DNA from: Myxococcales bacterium
GTDB lineage: Bacteria > Myxococcota_A > Polyangia > Haliangiales > Haliangiaceae
Assembly: GCA_043759315.1 (NCBI GenBank)
Contig: JAYVLW010000136.1
Coordinates: forward strand, 1 to 61,566
Length of the DNA stretch: 61,566 bases
Direction of reading: 5' to 3'
In this document: in pieces, positions 40,656-49,929 of the stretch
Position numbering within the stretch: position 1 is the stretch's first letter
Layout of the letters: each line of letters opens with the position of its first letter
The notes under the pieces: model-generated
The model's database searches: none
Told to the model about the DNA's origin: nothing
Seen by the model: the letters and a program-made list of their open reading frames with translations, nothing else
Program-made: the position numbers and the translations under genes

Positions 40656-41567
40656 ATGCGCAAACCAACCAACCTCCTGGTCGTCATCGCCGCCATCGCG
40701 GCACCATCCCTCGCGGGCGCGCAGCCCGCGCCGACGAAGATCACGATCGGCATCTATGCTCCCTCGGTGGAGTTCGGCGCCGCGCAGGCTCGCCTCGCCT
40801 ACGTGCAGGGCCTCGCGAAGGCGATCGAGCAGAACACCGGCATCAAGACCGAGGCGCAGTCGTACGCGAACGTCGGCGCGCTCAAGAAGGACAACGTCGA
40901 CTTCGCGATCATCGATGGCCAGTGTTACGCGGCGAACATGAGCTGGAAGCTCCTCGCCTCGGCGAACATCGGCGGCGGCACCACGCGCGCGTGGGGCTTG
41001 TTCTCCGCGGGCGGCGGCGACATGCAGGCGCTCAAGGGCAAGAAGCTCGCGTTCATCAACACGGGCTGCAACGACGCGGGCTTCGTCGACAACGCGATGC
41101 TCGAGTCCGAGGTCGATGCGAGCTTCTTCGGCGCGCGCGTCGGCAAGAACGACCTGACCGCGGCGATCGCCGAGGTCGCCTCGTACAAGACGGCGCAGGC
41201 CGTGTTCGCGCCGGCCTCTGCCGCGAAGGGCCTGACCAAGGTGTTCGATACCGGCATGGTGCCGAACCCGGCGTTCGTCGATCTCTCGGGCAAGCTTCCT
41301 GCCGGCACCACCGACAAGGTCGCCGCGGCCGTGATCGGCTACGGCGGCGGCGGCGCGATCGCCGGCTGGACCAGAGGCGACCGCGGCATCTACGCGTCGC
41401 TCGCGGGGCGGCTCGGCAAGGTCACCAAGGCCGGCGTGCTCGCCGCGCCCGAGCCGGTTCGCATCGACGCGCGCGACGTCCTCGTCGAGCCGCCGACGCT
41501 CAAGGACACCGCGCTCGTCGACGTCCGTCATCACTTCGTGCGGCCGCCCGGCGCTCGCATGGAATAG
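40656..41567 (+). CDS. periplasmic substrate-binding-protein-like protein (PhnD/type-2 PBP-like), orphan
   Basis: ATG 2 nt after the TPR stop, in frame with ORF 38433..41567. MRKPTNLLVVIAAIAAPSLAGA signal. ..KITIGIY..DFAIIDG..KGKKLAF.. is the pattern of ABC-type binding proteins. No permease or ATPase is adjacent. Confidence 0.6.
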   Translation: MRKPTNLLVVIAAIAAPSLAGAQPAPTKITIGIYAPSVEFGAAQARLAYVQGLAKAIEQNTGIKTEAQSYANVGALKKDNVDFAIIDGQCYAANMSWKLLASANIGGGTTRAWGLFSAGGGDMQALKGKKLAFINTGCNDAGFVDNAMLESEVDASFFGARVGKNDLTAAIAEVASYKTAQAVFAPASAAKGLTKVFDTGMVPNPAFVDLSGKLPAGTTDKVAAAVIGYGGGGAIAGWTRGDRGIYASLAGRLGKVTKAGVLAAPEPVRIDARDVLVEPPTLKDTALVDVRHHFVRPPGARME

Positions 41568-42553
41568 TGGACGCGACCCACGGCATCTCGGTCGCGCTGC
41601 TGCGGCCGCTCGCGGAATTGCTCGGACGTCTCGACGTGGACTCCGCCGCGTTCCTGGCGGCCCTCGGCGTCGACGACACGATGCCGCCGAACGCGTACGT
41701 CGCGGCCACCGAGGTCGATGACCAGCTCGCGCAGATCGCCGCGCGCAGGGGCGACCCCGCGTTCGCGCTCACCCTCGCGCGCGCGTCGCTCGTGCGCCCG
41801 CTGGGGCTGTTCGGGCACCTCGTGTGGCTGAGCGGCACCGTGCGCGACGCGCTCGAGCGCGCCGCGAAGTTCTACCTGCTGGTCACGCGCCGCACGACGC
41901 TCGCACTCGATGACTCGCGGGCTCCGATCTCGACCCTGCGCATGCTGCCCGTCGCGCGCACCGCGAGGCGCGGCCGCATCCTGACCGAGCTCCCCTTCGC
42001 TTCCCTCGCCCTTCGCGCGCGCGAGGCCACCGGCGGCGTGTTCGCCCTGCGCGCGGTGCGGTTCACGCACGCCGGCGAGCCCAGCGCCGCGTACGCGGAC
42101 GTGTTCCGTGCGCCGATCACGTTCGGTGCAGCGGTCGACGAGATCGAGATGGAGACGCCACAGCTCGATCTCCGCCTCGCGAGCGCCGATCCGATCACCT
42201 CCGCCGCACTCGAGGTGAGGGTCGCGCAGCTCACCGCGGGTGGAGCCGCGCGCAGCGTGTTCGTCGAGAAGGTGCGCCAGGCCATCGCCATGAACCTCGA
42301 ACGCTCGGTGTCGCCGACGTCGATCGCGAAGGCTCTCGGCATCAGCACGCGCACGTTGCGGCGGCACCTCGAGCACGAGGGCCTGAGCCTGCGCACCGCA
42401 CTCGACGACGTCCGTCGGGAACGCGCCAACACGCTCCTCGCCTCCGGTACGCCTGTGAAGGAGATCGCGTTCGCCCTCGGGTTCTCCGAGCCCTCCGCGT
42501 TCAGCCGCGCCTACAAGCGGTGGACCGGCGTGGCCCCCAGGATCGCGCGCTAA
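41567..42553 (+). CDS. AraC family transcriptional regulator, paralog of 13436..14452
   Basis: GTG overlapping the upstream TAG (TAGTG), in frame with ORF 40400..42553. C-terminal VKEIAFALGFSEPSAFSRAYKRWTGVAP. Confidence 0.8.
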   Translation: MDATHGISVALLRPLAELLGRLDVDSAAFLAALGVDDTMPPNAYVAATEVDDQLAQIAARRGDPAFALTLARASLVRPLGLFGHLVWLSGTVRDALERAAKFYLLVTRRTTLALDDSRAPISTLRMLPVARTARRGRILTELPFASLALRAREATGGVFALRAVRFTHAGEPSAAYADVFRAPITFGAAVDEIEMETPQLDLRLASADPITSAALEVRVAQLTAGGAARSVFVEKVRQAIAMNLERSVSPTSIAKALGISTRTLRRHLEHEGLSLRTALDDVRRERANTLLASGTPVKEIAFALGFSEPSAFSRAYKRWTGVAPRIAR

Positions 42554-42656
42554 GGCCAATGGCGCTCAGTTAGCTGTCCCCAGGCCCGCCGGGTCATGAC
42601 CTTGGCCGCGCACGGTCATGGTCGGGAGCGCCGCACCGATGGTCATGTACGCCGCG

Positions 42657-43559
42657 ATGCGCACCCCGACGATCCGCGGATTCGGCCTCGCACTCCTGCT
42701 CGCCGCGTGCGGTGGCTCCCCTGGCTCCGACGCGCCCGACGCCGCCTCCGGTTCCGCCGATGCCCCGCCGATCAGCGGCGCCGCGCCCAGCCTCCCCGCC
42801 CCCACCGGCACCTGCCCCGCCCTCGTCGCCGGCGACGTCACGTTCGCCCCCGCCGGCATCCCACCGCGCAAGGTCAAGCTCGCCTTCGATCCCGCCAAGG
42901 CCTCGCCGACGGGCGAGCTCGTCATCTACTGGCACGCCACGGGCAGCTCGCCCGTCGAGGCCGGCTACGCCCTCGGCGCCACCCAGCAGAACATCACGTC
43001 GCGCGGCGGCATCGTCGCGACTCCCTACTCCGACGACGCCGCCGGTCAGTTCGAATGGTTCATCGTCAACCAGAGCCCGAAGCTCGATGACTTCCTCGTC
43101 GCCGACGAGATCGTCGCCTGCCTTGCCGCCGCACACCGGATCGACGCGCGCCGCATCCACAGCATGGGCATGAGCGCCGGCGCGCTCCAGACCACCGCCC
43201 TCAGCTTCTACCGATCCCGCTATGTCGCCAGCGTCGCGACCTTCTCCGGCGGCATGCCCGCCGGCTTCGCACCGGCGAACCAGAACCCCGACAACAAGTT
43301 CGCCGCCCTGATCTTCGACGGCGGCACCGCCGACAACGTGTTCGGCGTCGACTTCAAGGCCGCGAGCGAGGCCTACGCCGCCGCGCTCACCGCCGACGGC
43401 CACTTCGCGCGGATCTGCGACCACGGCGCTGGCCACAAGATCCCGCTCGACGCCGCACCGAGCGTGGCCGCGTTCTTCACCGCGAACCCGTACGGCGCGT
43501 GGCCGTCGCCGTTCGCGGCGGGGCTGCCCGCCTCGTTCCCGACTTACTGCGCGCACTGA
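42657..43559 (+). CDS. secreted esterase/depolymerase-like alpha/beta hydrolase lipoprotein
   Basis: ATG at aa 14 of ORF 42618..43559. MRTPTIRGFGLALLLAACGG lipobox. Nucleophile elbow GMSAG. Confidence 0.65.
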   Translation: MRTPTIRGFGLALLLAACGGSPGSDAPDAASGSADAPPISGAAPSLPAPTGTCPALVAGDVTFAPAGIPPRKVKLAFDPAKASPTGELVIYWHATGSSPVEAGYALGATQQNITSRGGIVATPYSDDAAGQFEWFIVNQSPKLDDFLVADEIVACLAAAHRIDARRIHSMGMSAGALQTTALSFYRSRYVASVATFSGGMPAGFAPANQNPDNKFAALIFDGGTADNVFGVDFKAASEAYAAALTADGHFARICDHGAGHKIPLDAAPSVAAFFTANPYGAWPSPFAAGLPASFPTYCAH

Positions 43560-43574
43560 GGCAAGGGCACGGCA

Positions 43575-43599
43575 GGTCGCGCCCGACGGGCTAGCGACC
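43575..43599. terminator. GC stem-loop between convergent genes (candidate bidirectional terminator)
   Basis: ggtcgc-gccc-gac-gggc-ta-gcgacc. It overlaps the stop codon of the sugar transferase gene. No U-tract. Confidence 0.3.
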
Positions 43600-44340
43600 C
43601 TGCGTCATCTTCAGCATCACGAGCGGCGTCTTGAAGATGATACCGAGCTCGGTGCGCAGGAACGTGTCGAACCGCTCGAGGCTCGCAGTGTACGCGAGAT
43701 CGTAGAGCAGCTTGATCCGCATGTCGTCGGCGAGCGAGCCCTTGGTCTCCTCGAGGTCCCACGGGTTCTGCAGCGTCGAGGCGAGCTTCGCGATCTCGCT
43801 GCCCTCGGGGATCGAGCCGGTATAGCCGAGCGAGATCTGCGCGAGCCCGGTGATGCCGGGCTTGACGTCGCGCATGCGCTCCTCGAACAACGGGATCGCG
43901 TACGACAGGTTCTCGAGGAGCTCCGGCCGCTCCGGCCGCGGACCGACGAGGCTCATCTTGCCGCGCAGCACGTCCCAGAACTGCGGCAGCTCGTCGAGCC
44001 GCGACTTGCGAAGGAACTTGCCGACCTTCGTGATCCGCGGATCGTCCGCACCCGCGATCACCACACCCGTGTGCCTCTCCGCATCCATGATCATGGTGCG
44101 GAACTTGTGCATCTCGAACTCGTGGAACGTCAGCTGCTTCTTGCCGCCGGTCGATGACACGGACTTGAGGCTGCCCGCGCGACGCTGGCGGAACAGGACC
44201 GGGCCCGGCGACTCGATGTAGATCGCCGCGGCGATCAGCGGCATCAACGGGGCGGTCAGCATGAGGCCCACGGCCGCGCCGGCGATATCGATCGCTCGTT
44301 TGGCGAGCCGGACGCTGAGAAGCACGATCCAAGCTATCAC
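43591..44340 (-). CDS. bacterial sugar transferase (undecaprenyl-phosphate sugar-1-phosphate priming transferase, small type)
   Basis: ORF 43591..44340. One N-terminal TM helix. ..GPVLFRQRR.., KFRTM, DELPQFWDVLRGKMSLVGPRPE, KPGITGLAQI. Confidence 0.9.
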   Translation of the reverse strand: MIAWIVLLSVRLAKRAIDIAGAAVGLMLTAPLMPLIAAAIYIESPGPVLFRQRRAGSLKSVSSTGGKKQLTFHEFEMHKFRTMIMDAERHTGVVIAGADDPRITKVGKFLRKSRLDELPQFWDVLRGKMSLVGPRPERPELLENLSYAIPLFEERMRDVKPGITGLAQISLGYTGSIPEGSEIAKLASTLQNPWDLEETKGSLADDMRIKLLYDLAYTASLERFDTFLRTELGIIFKTPLVMLKMTQGR

Positions 44341-44450
44341 GCACGCTCGGAGATGGCCGGTGGGTCTCGCGGTGGCCTTACGGATTAACTGTCACTGGTT
44401 CGTACACGCACACTTTCGCCGAGCACCCGACCTGGCTATCCTTCCCGGAC

Positions 44451-44939
44451 ATGCCCCCCACGATCAGGCTCACCGTGCCAGGCACGCTGCGCTACCGCGC
44501 CATCGCGGTACGCGTGGTCGCCGAGGCCGCGCGCCTGGTCTCCGGGTCCGCGACCCGCGACCCGAACGACCTGCTCGACAACGACGTTCGCGACCCGTTC
44601 GACACGGCCGTGGTCTCCGCCTTCATGGAGATCTTCAATAACGTCGCGATCCACGCATACCAGCGCAAGGACACGGGGCCGATCCAGATCGCGATCACCC
44701 CATCGGCGACGGATCTCCTGATCGAGATCGAGGATCACGGTCACGCGTTCGATATCGACGGCGTCGTGCCGCTGCCGAGCGAGCTCGATCCGGAAGCACT
44801 TCCCGAGGGTGGGATGGGCATCCATATCGCGAAGACGATGCTGGATGAAGTCACGTACGAACCTGGGCCGCCGAATCTGTGGCGGCTGTTGAAACGACTT
44901 CCGGCGAATCAGGTCGCCCGCGAAGCTGGGAGAAGCTGA
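44451..44939 (+). CDS. RsbW/SpoIIAB-type anti-sigma regulatory serine kinase (HATPase_c_2)
   Basis: ORF 44451..44939. N-box EIFNNVAIHAY, G1 IEIEDHGHAFD, G2 GGMGIHIAKTMLDEV. Confidence 0.8.
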   Translation: MPPTIRLTVPGTLRYRAIAVRVVAEAARLVSGSATRDPNDLLDNDVRDPFDTAVVSAFMEIFNNVAIHAYQRKDTGPIQIAITPSATDLLIEIEDHGHAFDIDGVVPLPSELDPEALPEGGMGIHIAKTMLDEVTYEPGPPNLWRLLKRLPANQVAREAGRS

Positions 44940-45244
44940 TGGCCACGCCGTTCGAGACCAAGACATCACCCACTGCAACCACGCTCGTCGTGCGCGGCTC
45001 GCTGGATATCAACAGCGCGCCCGCCCTCGCCGAGGAGATCGACAAGATCGTCAGCACCAAGCCGACGAAGGTCGTGTGCGATCTGTCCGCGCTCGACCTC
45101 ATCGACAGCTCCGGCGTCGCCGCGCTCGTCAAGCTGTACAAGGGCGTCCGCAGCGTCGGTGGAGCCGTTGCGATCACCGGCGCGCGCGATCAACCGCTCG
45201 CGATCTTCAAGCTGTTGCGAATGGACAAGGTCTTCAACCTCTAG
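44939..45244 (+). CDS. STAS-domain anti-sigma-factor antagonist (SpoIIAA/RsbV-like)
   Basis: ATG at aa 21 of ORF 44879..45244, overlapping the kinase TGA (TGATG). ..LVVRGSLDINSAP..VVCDLSALDLIDSSGVAALV.. carries the conserved phosphorylatable DSSG serine. Confidence 0.85.
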   Translation: MATPFETKTSPTATTLVVRGSLDINSAPALAEEIDKIVSTKPTKVVCDLSALDLIDSSGVAALVKLYKGVRSVGGAVAITGARDQPLAIFKLLRMDKVFNL

Positions 45245-46434
45245 TGCTTCGCGTCCTCGCGATCACCAAGATCTTTCCGAACGCCCTCGAACCGCTCTCC
45301 GCGCCCTTCAACCGGCAGCAGTTCGCGGCGCTCGCAACGCGCTGCCAGCTCGACGTGATGGGAACGATCCCGTGGTTCCCAGGCGCCGGCCTCCTCGGCA
45401 AATGGTCGAGCGCCGGCAGGCTCGCCGCCGTGCCGCGCCGCGAGACCATCGAGGGCATCGCGGTTCGGCATCCGCGGACGCTGTTCCTGCCGCGCCTCGC
45501 GCACGCGACGTGGGGTCCGCTCTACGCCGCGTCGATCGCGCCGGCCCTGTTGCCCTATCGCAACAAGGTCGATGTCGTCCTTGGATCCTGGGCGTACCCG
45601 GATGGCTTCGCCGCCGTGATCGCCGCGCGCCTCCTCGGCGTGCCGGCCGTGGTCAAGCTGCACGGCTCAGACATCAACCTCATCGCGAAGTTGCCGGGTC
45701 CGCGCCGCATGCTCACCTGGGCGTTGCCGCGGGCGGCGAAGGTCGTCGCCGTCAGCCGCGCGCTCGCCGAAGAGGTCACGCGGTTTGGCGTGGCGCGCGA
45801 TCGGATCGCGATCGTGATGAACGGCGTCGATGCCGAGCTGTTTCATCCACGCGACCGTGCGGCGGCCCGCGCAGAGCTCGGACTACCCGCCGGACCGATC
45901 GCGCTCTACGTGGGCAACCTCAAGGAGGAGAAGGGCGTCCTCGACCTCGCGGCCGCCTGGGAGATCGCCCTGTGCGCGCTTCCCGAGGCAACCCTGGTGG
46001 TGGTCGGGGGTGGACCCGCCGCGGAGGCGATGAAGGCGGCCGTTGCCCCGCTCGGGCAGCGCGTCCGGCTCGTGGGGCCGCAGCCGCTTCCGCGGATCCC
46101 GACCTGGATGGCCGCCTGCGATCTACTCGTCCTGCCGAGCCACGCCGAGGGCACGCCGAACGTGGTTCTCGAGGCCCTCGCCTCGGGCCGCCGCGTTGTC
46201 GCCACCTCCGTCGGCGGCATCCCCGACCTCATCACCCGCCCCGAGCTCGGGGAGCTGGTGCCACCGCGCGCTCCTGACGCACTCGCGGCCGCGATCGTGC
46301 GCGCACTCCCCACCGCGTACGCCCCCACAACGGTCGCCGAGCTGGGCGCCCGAGGAGGATGGGACGCAAGTGCCGCGGCGCTCTACGAAGTCCTCGTTGG
46401 CGCGGCGAGTGCTACCGTGAACGGAATCGAATGA
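45244..46434 (+). CDS. GT4-family glycosyltransferase
   Basis: GTG at aa 57 of ORF 45076..46434, overlapping the STAS TAG (TAGTG). (M)LRVLAITKIFPN.., ..VVLGSWAYPDG.., ..LVLPSHAEGTPNVVLEALASGRRVVATSVGGIPD (EX7E region). Confidence 0.85.
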   Translation: MLRVLAITKIFPNALEPLSAPFNRQQFAALATRCQLDVMGTIPWFPGAGLLGKWSSAGRLAAVPRRETIEGIAVRHPRTLFLPRLAHATWGPLYAASIAPALLPYRNKVDVVLGSWAYPDGFAAVIAARLLGVPAVVKLHGSDINLIAKLPGPRRMLTWALPRAAKVVAVSRALAEEVTRFGVARDRIAIVMNGVDAELFHPRDRAAARAELGLPAGPIALYVGNLKEEKGVLDLAAAWEIALCALPEATLVVVGGGPAAEAMKAAVAPLGQRVRLVGPQPLPRIPTWMAACDLLVLPSHAEGTPNVVLEALASGRRVVATSVGGIPDLITRPELGELVPPRAPDALAAAIVRALPTAYAPTTVAELGARGGWDASAAALYEVLVGAASATVNGIE

Positions 46435-47549
46435 CCCGGATGTCCCTCAACCAGCTCGGCGACGGCTGGTACGAATCCGAGGAATCGACCCGGGCGGGCC
46501 TGGTGACGGAGCTCCAGCGGATCCGCCGGCGGTTCGCGGTCCGCCCGCTCCCGGTGCTGATCGTGGCGGCGCTGATCACCGGGGCCATCACGTACAAGAT
46601 CGCCACGAAGAAGCGGCTGGTCGAGGCCGAGGTCATCCTCGCGCTCACGGAGGGCCAGCTCGGCGGTCACGGCACCGGTGTCCCGGCCGATCAGCTCCGC
46701 GAGTACGTCACCGCCGTGCTCCTCCCCGACAAGCTGCTGATCGACATGATCGAGAAGCGCCACATGTACCCACTCCGCAAGAAGCTCGGCGCGCAGTTCG
46801 CGATCGGCGAGCTGCGCGAGCAGATCGAGATCAACATCTGGAAGAACTCGTTCCAGAACTACGACGATGCGGACGCCTCCGCGAAGAAGTCCGCGCGCAT
46901 CGGCATCACCGTGATGGACGCGGATCCCGATCAGGCGTTCGAGGTCGCACGCGAGCTCGCCAGCATCGCGATCGTCCAGCACGAGCTCGAGCGCGAGCGC
47001 ATCTCTCACGCGGTCGCCGGCGAGGTGAAGCTGATGCGCGCCGCCACCGAGAAGCGACTCGAGGAGCTCGAGACCGAGATCGCGACGAAACAGCAGGCGC
47101 TGGCGACGGCGAAGGCGTCGAGTAAAACCGGCCTCGCCTCCGCGATCGTGCTCGACCTCGCGCGCCTCGGGAGCGAGCGCAAGCACGTCGCCGAGCAGAT
47201 GCACGGCATCTCGGTATCGAGCGAAGGCATCGCAGATCAGATCGCGGCCGCGGGCCTCGATCTCACGCTCCAGATCGTCGAAGAGCGTCGCCCGGATCGC
47301 CCGGAGAAGTCGTCCTTCGTCCTCGTCATGGTCCTCGTCGTCGTGGGGAGCGGTGCGCTGATCGGCGCAGCGCTTCTCGTCGGCGCCTTTGATAGTCGCA
47401 TCCACGATACCGACGACGTGGAGCGGCTCGGTTTGCCGGTGCTCGGGCATGTGCCCGGATTCGCTGGCGACTCCGTCGGGTCTTTGCACGCACGAGGAGC
47501 CCGGCGCGCTCGTGTAGGATCGGTGTCGCGATGGCGCTCTCCCCGATAA
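46431..47549 (+). CDS. polysaccharide co-polymerase (Wzz/GumC-like chain-length determinant), copy 1
   Basis: ATG at aa 25 of ORF 46359..47549, overlapping the GT4 TGA (ATGA). N-terminal and C-terminal TM helices flank a coiled-coil periplasmic region. Confidence 0.7.
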   Translation: MTRMSLNQLGDGWYESEESTRAGLVTELQRIRRRFAVRPLPVLIVAALITGAITYKIATKKRLVEAEVILALTEGQLGGHGTGVPADQLREYVTAVLLPDKLLIDMIEKRHMYPLRKKLGAQFAIGELREQIEINIWKNSFQNYDDADASAKKSARIGITVMDADPDQAFEVARELASIAIVQHELERERISHAVAGEVKLMRAATEKRLEELETEIATKQQALATAKASSKTGLASAIVLDLARLGSERKHVAEQMHGISVSSEGIADQIAAAGLDLTLQIVEERRPDRPEKSSFVLVMVLVVVGSGALIGAALLVGAFDSRIHDTDDVERLGLPVLGHVPGFAGDSVGSLHARGARRARVGSVSRWRSPR

Positions 47550-49045
47550 CTCCACGCGATCGCCTGCAACGGCTGAGCGATCTCGCCAAGAAGACGCTCC
47601 GCTACTGGTGGCTCGTCGCCGTGTTCGCCGTCGTCGGTGGCGGCCTCTCGCTCGCCTTCGCGATGTTCAAAGCGCGCAGCTACCAGTCGTGGGCGACCCT
47701 GTTCTACCAGGAGCGCATCCAGACGCAGCTGATGACGCCGAACCGCGAAGAAGCCGTCCAGCGCAACATCGGCGATCGTTACCGCGAGCTGCTCCTCGCG
47801 CGCGCGCAGCTCGAGCAGATCATCGGCGACCCCAAGCTCGATCCGTTTCCGACCCTCGATGACGACGAGGTCAAGATCGACAAGCTCCGGCAGGCGATCC
47901 GGTTCGAGGCACGCGGCGCGAACGCGTTCCGCATCACCTACAGCGACAAGGATCCTGATCGCGCGAAGGCGGTCGCGCTGAAGCTCACCGATCTCCTGCA
48001 GTCCAAGGACAAGGACCTCCGCAACGAGATCGCGCAGGCGACGGTGACGTTCGCGACCGAGCAGAAGGAGAGCGCGTCGGCGGTGCTCCGCACGCAAGAG
48101 CAAGCGCTGTCGGCCTTCCTCGCCCAGCACCCCGAGTTCGCGCAGGACGCGAACCAGGCCAACTCGGAGGGCGCCGGGATCCGGGCCATCCGCAGCCCGA
48201 AGGCGACGACCGGCGGGAACGCGCGAATCTATGCACTGGAGCGACAGCGCCAGCGCATCCAGGCGCGCCTCACCGCGAACCCCGACGCCCCTCCCGTCGT
48301 CACGGTGGCGCCGCAGACTCCCGAGCGGATCGCCGCTCAGCAGAATGCAGACGAGGCGAAGCGCGAGCTCGTCTCGGCGCAGCACGAGCTGGAGGAAGCG
48401 AAGACGAAGTTCACCGACCTCCACCCGACGGTGAAGACCGCGCAGGGCCGTGTCGACGTCGCGCTCCAGAAGCTCCGGCAAGCACAGGCCGCCATCCCGC
48501 CGGCGGTCGAGACCACCGTGGCTCCCGCGACCCCGCAGGATCGCGCGAAGCTGCAGAAGGAGCTCGGTCAGCTCGACGAACAGATCGCCGCTGAACAACG
48601 CAAGACCGGCGGAGGCGCCGGCTCGAGCGCGGGCTCGGCGACCACCGACACCTCCGGGACCGACTGGGTGGTCAAGCTGGAGACGCAGCACGCGGATCTG
48701 CGCCGCGACGTCAAGGAGCAGCGCGACCGCGTCGCGGCCCTCGCGGACTCCGTGTTCCGCGCGCAGCTCGATGCGAGCCAGAAGCTCGCCGAGACGGGCG
48801 GTCGCCTGTCGGTGGTGGACCCCGCGTTCAAGCCGATCAAACCCTCGGGGCCCGGCAAGACGATCTTTCTGCTCGCGGGCATGGTCCTGTTCCTGTCGCT
48901 CGGTGTGGCGTTCGCCATCGGCCTCGCCGTGATCGACGATCGGCTGTATCGCCGCGCCGATCTCGACCAGCTCGGCATCCGGGTGCTCGCCGTGATTCCC
49001 AGGGCCTCGTTCATCCCGACCAGGCGAAAGGGCGGTTCGTCGTGA
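47531..49045 (+). CDS. polysaccharide co-polymerase (Wzz/GumC-like chain-length determinant), copy 2
   Basis: ORF 47531..49045, 19-nt overlap with copy 1. ..[22 protein letters not shown].., ..[20 protein letters not shown].., a long coiled coil, and a C-terminal TM helix. Confidence 0.8.
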   Translation: MALSPITPRDRLQRLSDLAKKTLRYWWLVAVFAVVGGGLSLAFAMFKARSYQSWATLFYQERIQTQLMTPNREEAVQRNIGDRYRELLLARAQLEQIIGDPKLDPFPTLDDDEVKIDKLRQAIRFEARGANAFRITYSDKDPDRAKAVALKLTDLLQSKDKDLRNEIAQATVTFATEQKESASAVLRTQEQALSAFLAQHPEFAQDANQANSEGAGIRAIRSPKATTGGNARIYALERQRQRIQARLTANPDAPPVVTVAPQTPERIAAQQNADEAKRELVSAQHELEEAKTKFTDLHPTVKTAQGRVDVALQKLRQAQAAIPPAVETTVAPATPQDRAKLQKELGQLDEQIAAEQRKTGGGAGSSAGSATTDTSGTDWVVKLETQHADLRRDVKEQRDRVAALADSVFRAQLDASQKLAETGGRLSVVDPAFKPIKPSGPGKTIFLLAGMVLFLSLGVAFAIGLAVIDDRLYRRADLDQLGIRVLAVIPRASFIPTRRKGGSS

Positions 49046-49926
49046 CCACACCCAAGCGTCCACCCGACCGCCGCGGTGCTCCTCTGCCCCTGGTGACCCA
49101 ACCGATGATGCCGATCGAAGGCGATAGCCCGGAGCACACGCGCGTCGATAACCCGCTCGCCTCGATCAAGCCCGAGACCGCGGCCGTGCTGTTCGGCAAG
49201 GCGACCGTCGCGATGGTCGCGCAGCCCAGGGCGCCGATCGCGGTGGCCTCTCCCGCCGGCCCGCCTCCCGAGATCGGGCTTACCCAGCACGCTGTCCCCG
49301 AGGAGGATCGCGACCGTCGCCTCACCCTGCTGCTCGATCCAGACTCCGAGCGCGCAGCCGCGTTCCGCGTACTCCGCCACCACCTGCTGGAGGTCGGTCG
49401 CCCGCAATGCGTGGTGGTGTCCTCGCCGCGCCCCGGCGATGGCAAGACCACCACCGCGTTGAACCTCGCGCTCGCGCTCGCCGAGTGCGGTCGTGCGAAG
49501 GTCCTGCTCGTCGAGACCCACCTCCGTCGCCCGCAGCTCGCGAACGTGTTCAAGCTCGTCCCGCCGTGGTGCTTCGCGGAGCAGCTCGCCGCGCATCGCC
49601 ACCAGCCGATGATGCCGTGGTCGTTCGTCGACATCCCGCAGCTGTGGCTCCACGTGGGCGCGATCAACCCGCGGATCGAGAAGACCCAGCTCCTCGATGG
49701 CCCCGCGTTCGCGATCGCCATGGAGCGCCTGCGCCTCGGTGGATACGACCACATCGTCATCGATGCGCCGCCCGTACTTGGCTCCGCCGACGTCAACCTG
49801 ATGGCCGACGCGGCCGATGCGGTGATTCTCGCGCTGCGCGCTCGCGTGACGAACACGCGCGACCTGCGCAAGGCGATCGATCAGATCGGCGCCGCGAAGA
49901 TCGCGGGCACGGTCCTCGTCGAGTAG
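49042..49926 (+). CDS. BY-kinase-like P-loop ATPase (CpsD/Wzc C-terminal-domain type) without a C-terminal tyrosine cluster
   Basis: GTG overlapping the PCP-2 TGA (GTGA). Walker [18 protein letters not shown]' [11 protein letters not shown], Walker [16 protein letters not shown]. The C-terminus ..[11 protein letters not shown] has no Tyr. Confidence 0.8.
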   Translation: MTTPKRPPDRRGAPLPLVTQPMMPIEGDSPEHTRVDNPLASIKPETAAVLFGKATVAMVAQPRAPIAVASPAGPPPEIGLTQHAVPEEDRDRRLTLLLDPDSERAAAFRVLRHHLLEVGRPQCVVVSSPRPGDGKTTTALNLALALAECGRAKVLLVETHLRRPQLANVFKLVPPWCFAEQLAAHRHQPMMPWSFVDIPQLWLHVGAINPRIEKTQLLDGPAFAIAMERLRLGGYDHIVIDAPPVLGSADVNLMADAADAVILALRARVTNTRDLRKAIDQIGAAKIAGTVLVE

Positions 49927-49929
49927 CGG

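Noticed and set aside
47531-47549. The 19-nt overlap between the two PCP genes as a programmed frameshift producing a fusion
   Set aside because: PCP-2 has its own ATG and a complete N-terminal TM helix, and PCP-1 has a complete C-terminal TM helix and tail. An ordinary overlap is sufficient.
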